This document shows, piece by piece, positions 11,000 to 24,716 of a stretch of 60,000 nt of DNA; positions within the stretch are counted from its first letter, which is position 1; each line of letters opens with the position of its first letter. The stretch is taken from the NCBI RefSeq assembly GCF_963921235.1, contig NC_086107.1:95172001-95232000 (forward strand), written 5' to 3'. The notes under the pieces are model-generated. The model saw nothing but the letters and a program-made list of their open reading frames with translations. It made no database searches and was not told the DNA's origin. This stretch comes from Mobula hypostoma. Taxonomy: Eukaryota. The translations under genes were made by a program, and so were the position numbers.

Positions 11000-13900
11000 A
11001 TTGAAGTATAGAGTCATACAGTGCAGAAACAGGCCCTTCTGCCCAACTGGATCCCACTATCCAACACGTCTACCTAGCCCCCATTTGCCTGCGTTAGTCC
11101 CATATCCCTCCTCAACTTTGGTTATCTGTGTACCTGTTCAATTAACTGTATCCGCCTCTCCCACCTCTGGCAGCTCATTCCATATCCCCACCACCCTCTG
11201 GATGAAAATCCTGCCCTTTTTAAAACTTTCCTCTCTCACCTTAAGCATATGCCCTCTACTTTTAGACTTCCCTCCTCTGGGGAAGAAAGACCATGACCAA
11301 CTTATCTAAGTTATAAGGTCACCCCTCGACTCCTTCGCTCCAGGAAAACTAGTCCCAGCCACGTCCAGTCTCACCTTATAAATTCAAGCTCTCCAATCCA
11401 GGGAATGTCTTGGCAAATCTTCTCTGCACCCTCTCCACCTTAATCTCACCCTTCTGAACTGCAGAACTGCACACAGTACTCCATATGGTCTCTGATACCT
11501 TGTGCAGCTGTAACGTGATGTCCCAATTCCTGTAATTCAGTGTATATGTATATGTAGCCCTGGGTCTCTCTGTTCTTCAACGCTCCCCAGGGCCCTGCCG
11601 TTCACTATGAAAGACTTTCCCTGATTTAACCTCCCAAAGTAGAGGGAGGGAGAAGAGAGAATCATTGAGTCACCGGCCGTACATCATGGAAACCGGCCCT
11701 TCAGCCCAATTGATCTGTGTTGACCAAGATTCCCACCTAAGCTAATTCTGTTTGCCTGCGATTTGGCCTAAATCTAAGTCAGGGTTCCAAAATATTTTTA
11801 ATGCCAAGAACCCCTACCATTAACCGAGGGGTCCATGGAATCCAGGCTGGGAGCTCTCGTTCTAAGCCTTTCCTGTCCACATATGTGTCTTTTAAATGTT
11901 GTGAATGTATCTACCTCAACCAGCAGCTCATTCCGAATACTGACCAACCTCTGGGTGAAAAGGTCGCCCCATGGCTTCCCATAAAATTTCTCCTGTCTCA
12001 CCTTAAAGCTGTACCCTCTGGTTCTTGATTTCCACGACTCTGTGGACAAAGTCTGTGCATCTTTTCTATTTGCCTGTCATGGTTTCATAAACCTCTGCCA
12101 GGACACCCTTCAGCCTTTCCTCCAGGAAAAACAGTCCTGGCCCTCTCCAGTTCCTCCATATAACGCAAGCCCTCCAGTCCTGGGAACATCCTGGTGAATC
12201 CTGCGTGCACCCACTCCAGTGACAAGGGGGATGGTGTATAACTGATGCCCGGGGATGCCAGAAGGAAGGGTAACATCGGACTGCAGTGGAAAGCCTTGTT
12301 CATACTGCCATCCATACAGATCATTTTGTCACATCAGTATGTCGAGGTAGTACAAGTGAAAAGCAATAATAGTGCAGAATGAACTGTTACAGTTATGGAG
12401 AAAGTACAATGCAGGTAGACAATAAATTGCGAGGCCATAACGAGGTAGATTGGGAGGTGAAGAGTCCATCTAAACTGTACAAAGTGTGGTGAGTGTGTGT
12501 GTGTTTATGCAGTGTACTTCCCAAGACTGTGTGATGGGACAGTGTGGAGGGGGCTTCACTCTGTGTCTGACACCGGGAGTGTGTGATGAGATGGTGTGGA
12601 GGGAAGCTTCACTCTGTGTCTGACCTGCAGTGTGTGACGGGATGGTGCGGAGCCAGCTTCACTCTGTCTAACTTATTATTAATTAATAACTTTTTGGAAA
12701 AAATCAGTTAACTTTAATCTTCGTTTAACTGGATTGTCATTACACAATGCCATGAAATTAGCTTTTTTTTTTCCTGCAGTAGCGGAGTACGAGGATAAAC
12801 ATGAGTTAATGCAACAGTAATTGAAAAGCAAAATAAATATTGATACTGGTGTGATAATGAGTGTTAGAGTGGATTTTGCCATCCTGAGACACCTTACAGA
12901 GTCATACAGCACAAAGACATACCCTTCAGCCCATCTGCTCCATGGGCCCCAGCCAAGCCAGTCCCATTTGCCTGCACTTGGCCCATAAGTCTTTCCTATT
13001 CGTGTACCTGTCCAAATGTTGTTAATACCCCTGCAGCTTGTTCCATATTCTAACCACCCTCAAGTTGGGGGGGGGGGGGTAGTGCCAAATAAATCTCTCC
13101 CCTTTAACCTTAATCCTGTGCCCTCTGTTCTTGATTCTCCGCCTTTAGTGAAAAAGGCTGTTTGTATTCACCCTGTCTATGCCCCTTGTGATATTAGACA
13201 CCTCTACAAGATCGCTCGGTCTCCTTTGCTCCAAGAATCAGAATCTAGCCTGTGTAGCCTGTCTCTCGAGTACCAACAACCTCCTTATAAATCATCCAGC
13301 ACTCGTTCCACTTTAATGGCATTGTTCCCATTAGTGGAACGACCAGAACCGAGCACAGTGCTCCCAAGTGCATCCTCGACAGCCTCCCGTACAACCGCAC
13401 TATGACCTCTCGACCTGTGTATTCAACGCCTTGAAGGCCAGCGTGCCAAATGTCGTCTTCACCTCCTGGTCTACCTGTGCTGCCACTCTCAGGGAATCCC
13501 GTACCTGAGCTCCATGCTCCCTCTGTCCTACAACACTCCCTCCTGTTCACTGTGAAAGTCCTACTTCGATTTGACTTGCCAAACAGCGATATCTCACACT
13601 TATGCAAACTAAGCTCTGTTTGCCATTGCTTGGCCTGCTTACTCAGCTGATCAAGATCCCTATAAACTACTTGTGCAGTCGATCTCACTATTTACTGTAG
13701 CTGAATGCAGGAGAGCTGTATCAGCTTATTCCACCCATGTTGGTGATGGAGAGGGTGTCCTTAGTTGTGCCGGATTCCCTAAAGGTTAACTTACAGGTTG
13801 GGTCGATGGTAAGGAAGGCAAATGCGATGTTCGCATTCGTTTCAAGAGGAATAGAATATAAAAGGAAGGGTGCAGTGCTGGGGCTTTATAATGCGGCATT

Positions 13901-14420
13901 GGTCAGACCACATTCTGCGTATTGTGAGTAGCTTTGGGCCCTATATTTTAGAAAGAACGTGCTGGCATTGTAGAGGGTTCAGAGGAGATTCACGTGGATG
14001 ATTCTGGGAATGAAATGGTTAAAGAACGATGAGTGTTTGATGGCTCTTGGTCCTGTACCTTTGAGTTCAGGAGGAAGAGATGAGGGGAGGGATCTTACTG
14101 AAACCCCCCAGGCTTGGATAGAATGGACGTGGAGAGGACATCCACATCAGTGGGAGAGCTTGGGATCCAAGGACACAGTCTCAAAATAAAGAGACGACCC
14201 CGTAGAACGGAGACGAGTAATTTCTTCACCCAAAGGGTGGTGAGTCTGTGGATGGCTGTGGACAACATGTCATTGGGTGTGTTTAGGACAAAGGTTGATA
14301 GGTTCTTGATCAGTGAGGAAGTTGAGGGCTGCAGGGAGGAGGCCAGAGAATGGGTTTGAGAGAAATCTCGGATGTGGATTAAAGGGGCAACAGACTGAGT
14401 GGCCTCGTTCTGCTCCTGGA
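11000..14420. mobile_element. Cluster of old CR1 3' fragments (mostly minus strand; 13750-14420 plus strand) in ELOB intron 2
   Basis: Motifs RTRGYSFK, FTQRVVSLW and VRKANAMFAFVSRGIEYK in short ORFs. Confidence 0.7.
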
Positions 14421-14655
14421 AGAGAGAACTCTGCGGTGCACTGTCCTTCACCGGGTGATAGAGGAACTGCCACTTGGTGAGGGAGCTGACCCAGCGCTGG
14501 GGGAGACGGTGGATCCTCTCATCGACCATCTGAGTCGCAGCGAGAATATTTGTGTGTCTGTACCTGTGAGGTGTACAGTTACACAACACTAACTTGTTTT
14601 TGCACTCTTGTCTCCACCTCGTCTCTCCTCCCTCTCTCTCTCCCTCCCCCCACAG

Positions 14656-14764
14656 GATGACCAGCTGCTGGACGATGCGAAGACGCTGGGTGACTGTGGC
14701 TTCACCAGCCAGACCGCCCGACCCCAAGCGCCGGCCACAGTGGGACTGGCCTTCAAATCGCTGG
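14656..14764 (+). CDS. ELOB: Elongin B exon 3
   Basis: Polypyrimidine tract, then cag|GAT...CTGG|gtgagt; 109 nt encoding [36 protein letters not shown] plus 1 nt. Confidence 0.97.
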
Positions 14765-15689
14765 GTGAGTATCCCACACCTTGAGGGGGAGAGGGGTGCC
14801 TCGGCCACGTTCCGAGATGCAGCTCTCTCCCATTTCCCATCCCCGGCTGTACAGCGGGGTGGGGAGAGGAAAAGCTGGGTGGGAGTTTTAGACGGGTAGG
14901 GGATGGTGGTGTAAGGCCTGAGAGGGAAGGAGAAGGCTGGAGGGCTTCCTCTGCACCTGGACTGCTCGCCCTCTCTACCCCCACCATCTGCCTCGAGCTC
15001 CATGCTCTCCACACATACGTCCCCCCAACCCTCTGCCATTTGCAATTCTGCTGCCTTGACCCTATTTGGAAGTAGCTCTTGAGTCCACAACACTGGCTGA
15101 TCTTGCCCCTCTGTGCAGCCTCTGTTAACAATGTTATAGATTCCCAAACCCCTGCCCCCCCCTCCCAAAAGAGATACTAAGAGACGCTGGCTGGTGTACA
15201 GAACACCCCCTGAAAGAGAGAGATTGCGGGCCACCAGTCAGTGTTCCCCTGCAAGGCACTGGTTGGTGTTCAGATCTCCCCCGCGAGGCACCAGTTGGTA
15301 TACGGATTGGACCTCTGTAGATATTCTTCTTAGTTCCCTTTCACCTCCCCACCCCTTCCCAGGAGCCATGCTGCTCCACACCCCTGCACACTCCCCAACA
15401 CCCACCCCTCACTCTGAGCTGCCAGTCAGAGGAAGCAAGGTGAGCGAGGGCAGATTGTTTCCTGCATTCACACAGGAAAAGAGCAGCTGTCATTCAGCCG
15501 CAGTGGGGGAACTGTAGAAGATGGGGCTCCTTATCACACACGCAGTCGTCCATCCGACATCACTTCATTCACTGCCTCCTCCCTCTCAATCTTGCTGTTT
15601 CCGCCTCTTCTCTCTCTCCCCCACCCCATGTCTGCTGAGTTGAAAGAATGGGCAGAGAAGTGGTCTAACTCGGGTTTTATATTACCTCA

Positions 15690-18600
15690 TGACTTATGAA
15701 GGCCAACACACCATGTGCTGCCTTAACCACCTTATCAACCTCCGCCACAGCTTTGAGGGAACTATGGATGTGGACGGCAAGATCCCTCGGTCTCTCCACA
15801 CTGCTAAGGATCCTGCCGTTACCCCTGTATTGTGCCTTCAAATTCGACTTTCCAAATGAATCAGTTTACACTTTTCTGGGTTGAACTCCATCTGCCACTT
15901 CTCAGCCCAAATCTGCATCCTGTCAATGCCCCATTGTAACCCACGACAACCGTCTACACTATCCACAACACCACCAACCTTCATGTCACCTGCAATTTAC
16001 TAACAAAGCCCACTACTTCCTCTTCCAAGTCATTTATAAAAATCACAAAGAACAGCAGTCCCAGAACAGACCCCTGTGGACTACCACTGATCGCTGACTT
16101 CCAGACAGACTATGCTCTATCTTCTACACCCTATCCTCGTTATATGCGGGGGGTACATTCCTCGAAGTTGACGCATAATGTGAATAATTATTAAATGGAG
16201 AAAATTGGGATGCGTTCCAGAGGGCTTCCTAAATATGTTTTATCTGTAATTTTTTCACATTTTCATACCAATACGACACAAAAGCAGTACCACAAGACAA
16301 CATTTGTACTATATTTCATCAATTTAAGGTAATATTCAATATAATAAATCATAGAAAGTTAACATCCGAGGGTGTACAGTACTCAGGTGTGTTCGCTCCG
16401 GGAGATGAGTGGTTGTTGTGGTGTTGGGCAGCTTTACATGGATAAGGTGGATGGTTGTGGTCGTCAGGATCATATCAAGCACAGCAAGGGGTGAAGGAAG
16501 ACTCACAGAATTCTTAGAACCGCCGGCAGCAGAAAGTGTTACCGATTTGAATAAACTGGTGAGGGTTGCTTGCTTGGCAGCATTTTGTTTTAAGTTTGCT
16601 TGTAGGGAAGAAGGGTTGACGGCAGGGAACGACTGAAATGCTGATTCCGTTCTAAACGTGGGTCCATGTCCATCACCATTTGTGCCAAGTATTCCGACTT
16701 CCATCATTCCCTCACCGTTGGTAAACTCCCAGGATTTTCAAAATCGTCTGTTGCAGCATCTGAGAGAGAGTTCGTGGTTAAAAAAAATACACACGCCTTG
16801 AATGTGGATTACACCTTGGTCGAGTGGTTGAATCAGCGATGTTGTGTTAAGCGGCAGGAAACGCACTGTTATGTTAGGATGAATGCTGTCCAACTGTTTA
16901 GGATGGGCTGGCGCATTGTCAAGCAACAAAAGAACTTTAAAGGCAAGACTCTGTTCCCGGCAGTAGTGTCCCAGAGCTGTGTTACCTTCAGCTGATGCCG
17001 TGTTGTTTATAATTTCCAACTTTTTTTCAAATGTTAAAGTGGTTCTCTGCCGTTCAGCTGACGGCCCAGGACATGACATCGGACACTTAGGAGGGATAGT
17101 TGAATATTTCAAGCGCAAAATCACTGCACCATAGGTAAAACCAACAGAAGTTTAAGATGCTCCTCGCATAACTCTTGAGTTTTGGACACAAATAACGAGG
17201 ATAGGGTGTACCACAGTCTGCCTTTTGTGGGCAAGACAAATCCAGATCCACACAGCCAAGTTCACTGGATCCTATTCCTCCTGTCTTTTTGAATCAGCCT
17301 TTTGTGGAGAACCTTATCAAGTGCCTTACTAAAATCCACAATCACCACGTCCACTGCTGTACCTTCATCAATGTACTTTGCCACATCCCCAAAGAATTCA
17401 GGCAGGCTTGTGAGGCATGACTAGCCCCTACAAAGTCATGGTGACTATTCCTAATCAGGCTATGCTTCTCCAAATAGTCATAAATCCTCTCTCTAATAAT
17501 CCGATTCAATAATTTGCCCACCACTGAAGAAAGACTGACTGGTCTATCATTCCCAGGGTTATCTCTCATGGGGCTGGTGAGGACACAAAGATCATTGCCA
17601 AAGGTGCTGCAGGTCTTCCCTCCCTTCCTGTAGTAACTTAGGGTATGTTTTGTATGGCCCCAGGACTTATCTATCCTAATGATTTCTTGAAGTTCCAGCA
17701 TATCCTCTTTCGTAATGTTGACTAAAATACCAACCTGATCTACACTCTCCTGACAAACTTTAAGGTTTCTCTCATTGGTGAATACTGAAGCAAAGTATTC
17801 ATTTAAAAACTTCCTCCTCTGACTCCAGGCACATGTTTCTGGAATAATCCTTTCTGGCTACCTTGTAATTCTCTTGTTTGATCCTTGCTGCTAAGCCTTA
17901 AGTAAACTTCTTTCTTTCTCTTGATAAGATGTTTCATATCCCTTGTCAACCATGGTTCCTTCACCCTTCAAGTTTTTCCCTGCCTCAATGGAACAAACCT
18001 ATCTCGAACACCAAGCAAGAGCTCCCCATTTCCATTGTGCCTTTTCCTGAGTACGTGCGTTCCCAATTTATGCTGCCGTTCCTGCCTATTATCATAATTC
18101 CCCCATCCTAATTAGTGACTTGTGCTGCAAGTTCATCTCCCTTATTCGGTATACTGTGCGCATTCAATCCCATATTCACCCTTTTTAATTTTGTTATCCC
18201 ATACTCAACCTTTTAATTCCTAACTTTGTCTGAGGTCTTACCAACATCTGCCTCCACAACCTCTCCACTAACTCTTCTGGCACTCTGATTCTCATCCCCC
18301 TACAACTCTAGTTTAAACCCCACCATGCAGCATTAACAAACCTTCCTGCTAGGATATTAGCCACCCTCCAGTTCAGGTGCAAACCATCCCTTCTATACAG
18401 GTCCCACCTGGAAGAGAGCCCAATGATCCAAAAATGTTATGCCCTTCCTCCTACACCAAATCCTTGGCCACGGATTAAACTGTATAATCTTCCTTGTTCT
18501 AGTCTCACTAGCACATGGCACGGAGAGTAATCCTGAGATCACAACCCCGGAGGTACTGCCCTTTAATTTAGCACCTAACTCCCTGAACTCCCTTGTAGCC

Positions 18601-18780
18601 CGTCCTACCCATGTCATTGGTACATGGACGACGACTTCTGGCTGTTCACCCTTCCATTTATGAATGCTGAGGACTCGATCTGAGATATCCTGGACCCTGG
18701 CACCCAGGAGGCAACGTACTAGCTGGGGAAACTCGTTCTTGCCCACTGTCCACTCCCCTTATTGACGAATCCCCTATCAC
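15690..18780 (-). mobile_element. Old, internally deleted CR1 LINE (ORF1 esterase remnant through RT), interrupted by a Tigger element
   Basis: ORF 18393..18746 (CLLGARVQDISD..PEVVVHV..FLDHWALF) is homologous to the SGNH ORF1 at 25884. RT remnant DNPGNDRPVSLSSVVGKLL in 17342..17701. Confidence 0.8.
16127..17208 (-). mobile_element. Internally deleted pogo/Tigger DNA transposon
   Basis: Perfect 17-bp TIRs CACCCTATCCTCGTTAT (16127-16143) and ATAACGAGGATAGGGTG (17192-17208); TA duplication at 16125-16126 and 17209-17210. ORF 16738..17124 joins RTTLTFEKKLEII (psq-like HTH) to LLLDNAPAH..FLPLNTTSLIQPLDQGVI (DDE_1). Confidence 0.9.
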
Positions 18781-19489
18781 CACAGCGTGCCTCATCTTCC
18801 CTCTTCCCTTCTGTGTCACAGAGACAGACTCAGTGCCAGAGACCCAACCACTGTCCTTTCCTCTGTTAGGTCATTCCCATTCTCTCCCCCCCCCCCCCCC
18901 ACCCCCAACAGTATTCAGATGTCTCCCAGATCAGTTTTGATGCCTATAACCAGATCCAGTTTGGCCTCTCCTCTGGTCAGCCTGTCAATACATTGTGTCG
19001 GGAATCCTTCCTGGACAGAAATTCCACCCCATCTGAAGCTTTTGCACTAAGGAGGTGCCAATCAATATTAGGGAAGTTGAAGTCTCCCATGACAACAGTC
19101 CTGTTACTTTTGCACTTGATTAGTGGGGGGAGTGGAGAATTCAGGAGAATGGGATTGAGTGGGGAAAAATAAATCAGCCATGATTGAATGGCAGAGCAGA
19201 TTCGATGGGCTGAATGCCCTAATTCTGCTTCTATGTCTTACAGTCTCTTGACTGCTCCCTTTTTGTTTGTCTTTGTCTCTCAGAGATGGTGAGGTGTGTA
19301 GGGGCAGGTTAGGAAGACAGGGAGGGAGTGTAAGGCAGTGACGATTACAGAGGCAGAAAGGTGATGGCAGGATGGGGAGGGGCGTAAGGTAGGAAGGGGG
19401 TGGCGGGAATGTGGGGAGGGTGTTACTGTCCAACCCTGCACTCTAGCCCATCTCTCTCTCTCTCTCTCTCTCTCTCTGGCCCACTGCAG

Positions 19490-19602
19490 ATGACCAGTTT
19501 GAACCACTGCGTATCGACCCATTCTCCAGCCCACCAGAGCTGCCGGACGTGATGAAGCCCCAGGACTCTGGAAGCAGTGCCAACGAGCAGGCCGTCCAGT
19601 GA
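19490..19602 (+). CDS. ELOB: Elongin B exon 4, coding part to the stop codon
   Basis: (TC)n tract then cag|AT GAC...; encodes (D)DQFEPLRIDPFSSPPELPDVMKPQDSGSSANEQAVQ*. The phase-1 junction fits exon 3. Total 119 aa, assuming an ATG-only exon 1. Confidence 0.97.
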
Positions 19603-20584
19603 GCTGTCGCACTGTGGGCAGCCCTTCCCGCTGCCTTTACTCAGCACACTGGCTCCACACACTGGACTCAACCCTTCCCCTCCTCATCCTTCCCGCTGCC
19701 CATACCAAACCATCCCTCCCACCTGCTATCAGAGCTCTCATGCCTGCTTTCCCTCCTCTGCTTACTCCTCCCACCCCTCCTCGCCCTCTCCCTGTCCCAC
19801 ATTCCCCTCTTTCTCACCCCTGTTTTCACTTCTCCCCATCTTCACCCTCTCTCTCCTCCACTTTGTCCTTTCTCTGTCCCACATTCTCCTCTCCCCCCTC
19901 ACTCCCCACTCTCCCTCTCTCTCAATATATCCTCCCTTGTTTGTTTTCTCGTGCCCTGCACCTCAGCCCTCCTCCCATAAACAGCAGAAACCTGAAGAAC
20001 CCCTCCTGCAAGATCACTGACTGGGGTGGGGGGGGGTGGAGAGAAGCCAGCAGAAATTCTGCACATGGGAATGGGAGGGAAGGGGGTGCCCAAACTGTGG
20101 GGGATTCAGGAGAGAGAGATGGAGAACACCCTATGCTGAGATCCCCACCCTCAGTGAGAAAAAGGGGTGGGGGCACAAGCTTAGACTCCCACACTGCAGC
20201 CAGTATCCTTTCACCTGCCCTCTCCCCACCCCTACCCTTCAGTCAGGGGCAATGATCCCACCCAATTATGTACATTTCCCCCCCCCCACCCCGCAGGGTT
20301 AGGGGATTGAATTTGTCATCCCTCGTTTGCTCCACACCCATACCCGTGCAGTTATACAAAGGCAAATGGCCTAGTGGAGGATGTTTTTGTTCCAGGCTGT
20401 GGTGACAGAGAATCTGACCCCTGTGTCCGCCTCTTTGATGCAGGACACATTTGTGGGGGTGGGGGATCTATAGACTAACCTCAAAACTACTAAAGGATCT
20501 TCTCCAATTTTGTTTCCTGCCTCTGTCTCTCACCACCCAACCCCCTTCCAACTTGCCTTCCATCCCTCCCTCTGCCCCCCTCCT

Positions 20585-20870
20585 CCAAGGATGGGGCATT
20601 GGGCACGCTGTCTTCTCTGTCCCCCTCCCTGGGATGGGCGTTGGACACACCCTCTTTGCCCCCAGACCCCGGGATGAGGCGTTGTCACAACCCTCTCTGT
20701 CCCCTCCCCAGAATGGTGTGTTCAACATAACCCCCCACCCCCGTCCCATCTCCGGGATGGGGTGTTCAACATGCCCTCTCTGCCCCGTCCCCGGGATGGG
20801 GCATTGAACACACTGTCCCTTCCTCAGGATAGTGTGTTGGACGTACTCTCTCTGCCCCATCCCAGGCATC
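20585..20870. repeat. Degenerate ~40-bp minisatellite in the ELOB 3'UTR
   Basis: About 7 units of GGATGGGG(C/T)GTT..ACA..CCCTCTCTG(C/T)CCC. Confidence 0.6.
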
Positions 20871-21061
20871 GTACACACTCCCTTGCTCGGGCACTGTGTA
20901 TGTAAAGGTAGCTGCTCCTGTGCCCTCCCCCCACCCCCCGGCTCAGAATTATCTGACCTGGGATCCTCCTGAACCTTGCTTCGGGTTGTTGGAGATGGAG
21001 ATCGGAGGGTGTGGGGTGGGGAGAGGGGTGTGGGAGTGAGCAGGGCTGCGCGCACACGCAC

Positions 21062-21100
<39 letters not shown>

Positions 21101-21569
21101 CTGCAAACTATTGTAAGGTGGGGGGAGCGAGGCGGACGAGAGAGAGAGGGACCTCTCTCACATGAGAACCTGTGCACCGCACAGCTAGTTCCTGTGCGAT
21201 CACATGTCTGAGTCCGTGTCGAACAGCCCCAGCTCTCCCCATCAGAGGGGAGAGAGTGGGGGGGGGGGTATTTGCAACAGTGCTGCCGATTTCCTTCCCT
21301 CCCCCCCCCCCCACCCACTCTTCTCCCAGGGACTCAGTAAGAGTTAGAGAATCCCAGATACGTTTTCAGTATACAGATCATTGAACCTGAAGGAACTGGT
21401 CTGCTTTTACCAGAGGTTTCCTCTTGTTTTATTTTTGGTTCTTTAGTAAGGTTTTTTGTTCATTTTCAAGTAAACATATTGTGTAAACACACGGTGAATT
21501 TATCCTCTTTGTAATGTTCTTGAGCTACCAAGCAATTTTATTTTGCAATTGCAAGGTCTATAAATATAA

Positions 21570-21575
21570 AATAAA
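21570..21575 (+). terminator. Probable ELOB polyadenylation signal
   Basis: First canonical AATAAA seen after the ELOB stop; preceded by U-rich/UGUA elements and followed by a T-rich tract near 21605. Confidence 0.65.
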
Positions 21576-21731
21576 GGAAATGAACTGAGACAGAGAAATG
21601 GCCTTCTTTTTAAATTGTATTCCCCATGGGACTGGGCGTCGGGCACATCTCTTTCCCCAAACAATTACAAATTGAACAGAAGCGACCTCAGCATTGAAAC
21701 GTCTGTAACCGGGTCCATGAGAGTCTCAGAT

Positions 21732-24716
21732 CATAGAAACATAGAAAATAGGTGCAGGAGTAGGCCATTCGGCCCTTTGAGCCTGCACCGCCATTTATTA
21801 TGATCATGGCTGATCATCCAACTCAGAACCCCGCCCCAGCCTTCCCTCCATACCCCTTGACCCCCGTAGCCACAAGGGCCATATCTAACTCCCTCTTAAA
21901 TATAGCCAATGAACTGGCCTCAACTGTTTCCTGTGGCAGAGAATTCCACAGATTCACCACTCTCTGTGTGAAGAAGTTTTTCCTAATCTCGGTCCTAAAA
22001 GGCTTCCCCTCTATCCTCAAACTGTGGCCCCTCGTTCTGGACTTCCCCAACATCGGGAACAATCTTCCTGCATCTAGCCTGTCCAATCCCTTTAGGATCT
22101 TATACGTTTCAATCAGATCCCCCCTCAATCTTCTAAATTCCAACGAGTACAACCCCAGTTCATCCAGTCTTTCTTCATATGAAAGTCCTGCCATCCCAGG
22201 AATCAATCTGGTGTACTCCCTCTATGGCAAGGATGTCTTTCCTCAGATTAGGAGACCAAAACTGCACACAATACTCCAGGTGTGGTCTCACCAAGGCCTT
22301 GTACAACTGCAGTAGTACCTCCCTGCTCCTGTACTCAAATCCTCTCGCTATAAATGCCAGCATACCATTCGCCTTTTTCACCGCCTGCTGTACCTGCATG
22401 CCCACTTTCAATGACTGGTGTATAATGACACCCAGGTCTCATTGCACCTCCCTTTTACCTAATCGGCCACCATTCAGATAATAATCTGTTTTCCTATTTT
22501 TGCCACCAAAGTGGATAACTTCACATTTATCCACATTAAATTGCATCTGCCATGAATTTGCCCACTCACCCAACCTATCCAAGTCACCCTGCATCCTCCT
22601 CACAGCTAACACTGCCACCCAGCTTCGTGTCATCCGCAAACTTGGAGATGCTGCATTTAATTCCCTCATCCAAGTCATTAATATATATTGTAAACAACTG
22701 GAGTCCCAGCACTGAGCCTTGCGGTACCCCACTAGTCACCGCCTGCCATTCTGAAAAGGTCCCGTTTATTCCCACTCTTTGCTTCCTGTCTGCTAACCAA
22801 TTCTCCACCCACACCAGTACCTTACCCCCAATACCGTGTGCTTTAAGTTTGCACACTAATCTCCTGTGTGGGACCTTGTCAAAAGCCTTTTGAAAATCCA
22901 AATATACCACATCCACTGGTTCTCCCCTATCCACTCTACTAGTTACATCCTCAAAAAATTCTATGAGATTCGTCAGACATGATTTTCCTTTCACAAATCC
23001 ATGCTGACTTTGTCTGATGATTTCACCGCTTTCCAAATGTGCTGTTATCACATCCTTGATAACTGACTCCAGCAGTTTCCCCACCACCGACGTTAGGCTA
23101 ACCGGTCTATAATTCCCCGGTTTCTCTCTCCCTCCTTTTTTAAAAAGTGGGGTTACATTAGCCACCCTCCAATCCTCAGGAACTAGTCCAGAATCTAACG
23201 AGTTTTGTAAAATTATCACTAATGCATCCACTATTTCTTGGGCTTCTTCCTTAAGCACTCTAGGATGCAGACCATCTGGCCCTGGGGATTTAGCTGCCTT
23301 CAATCCCTTCAATTTACCTAACACCACTTCCCTATTAACAAGTATTTCGCTCAGTTCCTCCATCTCACTGGACCCTCTGTCCCCTACTATTTCTGGAAGA
23401 TTATTTATGTCCTCCTTAGTGAAGACATAACCAAAGTAATTATTCAATTGGTCTGCCATGTCCTTGCTCCCCATAATCAATTCACCTGTTTCTGTCTGCA
23501 GGGGACCTACATTTGTCTTTACCAGTCTTTTCCTTTTTACATATCTATAAAAGCTTTTACAGTCTGTTTTTATGTTCCCTGCCAGTTTTCTCTCATAATC
23601 TTTTTTCCCCTTCCTAATTAAGCCCTTTGTCCTCCTCTGCTGAACTCTGAATTTCTCCCAGTCCTCAGGTGAGCCACTTTCTCTGGCTAATTTGTATGCT
23701 TCTTTGGAATTGAGATTATCCCTGATTTCTCTTGTCAGCCACGGGTGCACTACCTTCCTTGATTTATTCTTTTGCCAAACTGGGATGAACAATTGTTGTA
23801 GTTCATCCATGCAACCATTAAATGCTTGCCATTGCATATCCACCGTCAATCCTTTAAGTGTCATTTGCCAGTCTATCTTAGCTAATTCATGTCTCATACC
23901 TTCAAAGTTACCCCTCTTTAAGTTCAGAACCTTTGTTTCTGAATTAACTATGTCACTCTCCATCTTAATGAAGAATTCCACCATATTATGGTCACTCTTA
24001 CCCAAGGGGCCTCTCACGACAAGATCGCTAATTAACCCTTCCTCATTGCTCAAAGCCCAGTCCAGAATAGCCTGCTCGCTAGTTGGTTCCTCGACATGGT
24101 GGTTCAAAAAACCATCTCGCATACATTCCAAGAAATCCTCTTCCTCAGCACCTTTACCAATTTGGTTCACCCAATCTACATGTAGTCACCCATTATAACT
24201 GCTGTTCCTTTATTGCACACATTTCTAATTTCCTGTTTAATACCATCTCCGACCTCACTACTACTGTTAGGTGGCCTGTACACAACTCCCACCAGCGTCT
24301 TCTGCCCCTTAGTGTTACGCAGCTCTACCCATATCGATTCCACATCTTCCCAGCTTATGTCCTTCCTTCTATTGCGTTAATCTCTTCTTTAACCAGCAAC
24401 GCCACCCCACCTCCCCTTCCTTCATGTCTATCCCTCCTGAATATTGAATATCCCTGAACGTTGAGCTCCCATCCCTGGTCACCCTGGAGCCATGTCTCTG
24501 TGATCCCAACTATATCATAATCATTAATAACAATCTGCACTTTCAATTCATCCACCTTATTACGAATGCTCCTTGCATTGACACACAAAGCCTTCAGGCG
24601 CTCTTTTACAACTCTCTTAGCCCTTATACAATTATGTTGAAAAGTGGCCCTTTTTAATACTTGCCCTGGATTTGTCGGCCTGCCACTTTTACTTTTCTCC
24701 TTAGTACTTTTTGCTT
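21732..24716 (-). mobile_element. Young 5'-truncated CR1 LINE (nearly full ORF2 with several small deletions/frameshifts)
   Basis: ORFs 24355..24729, 22584..24170, 22175..22411 and 21823..22206 are near-identical to ORF2 at 26825; (TTTCTATG)n tail at 21732. Confidence 0.95.

Noticed and set aside
14095..15234. 379-aa minus-strand ORF
   Set aside because: It is the antisense shadow of ELOB exon 3 plus GC-rich intron and CR1 sequence; no recognisable protein.
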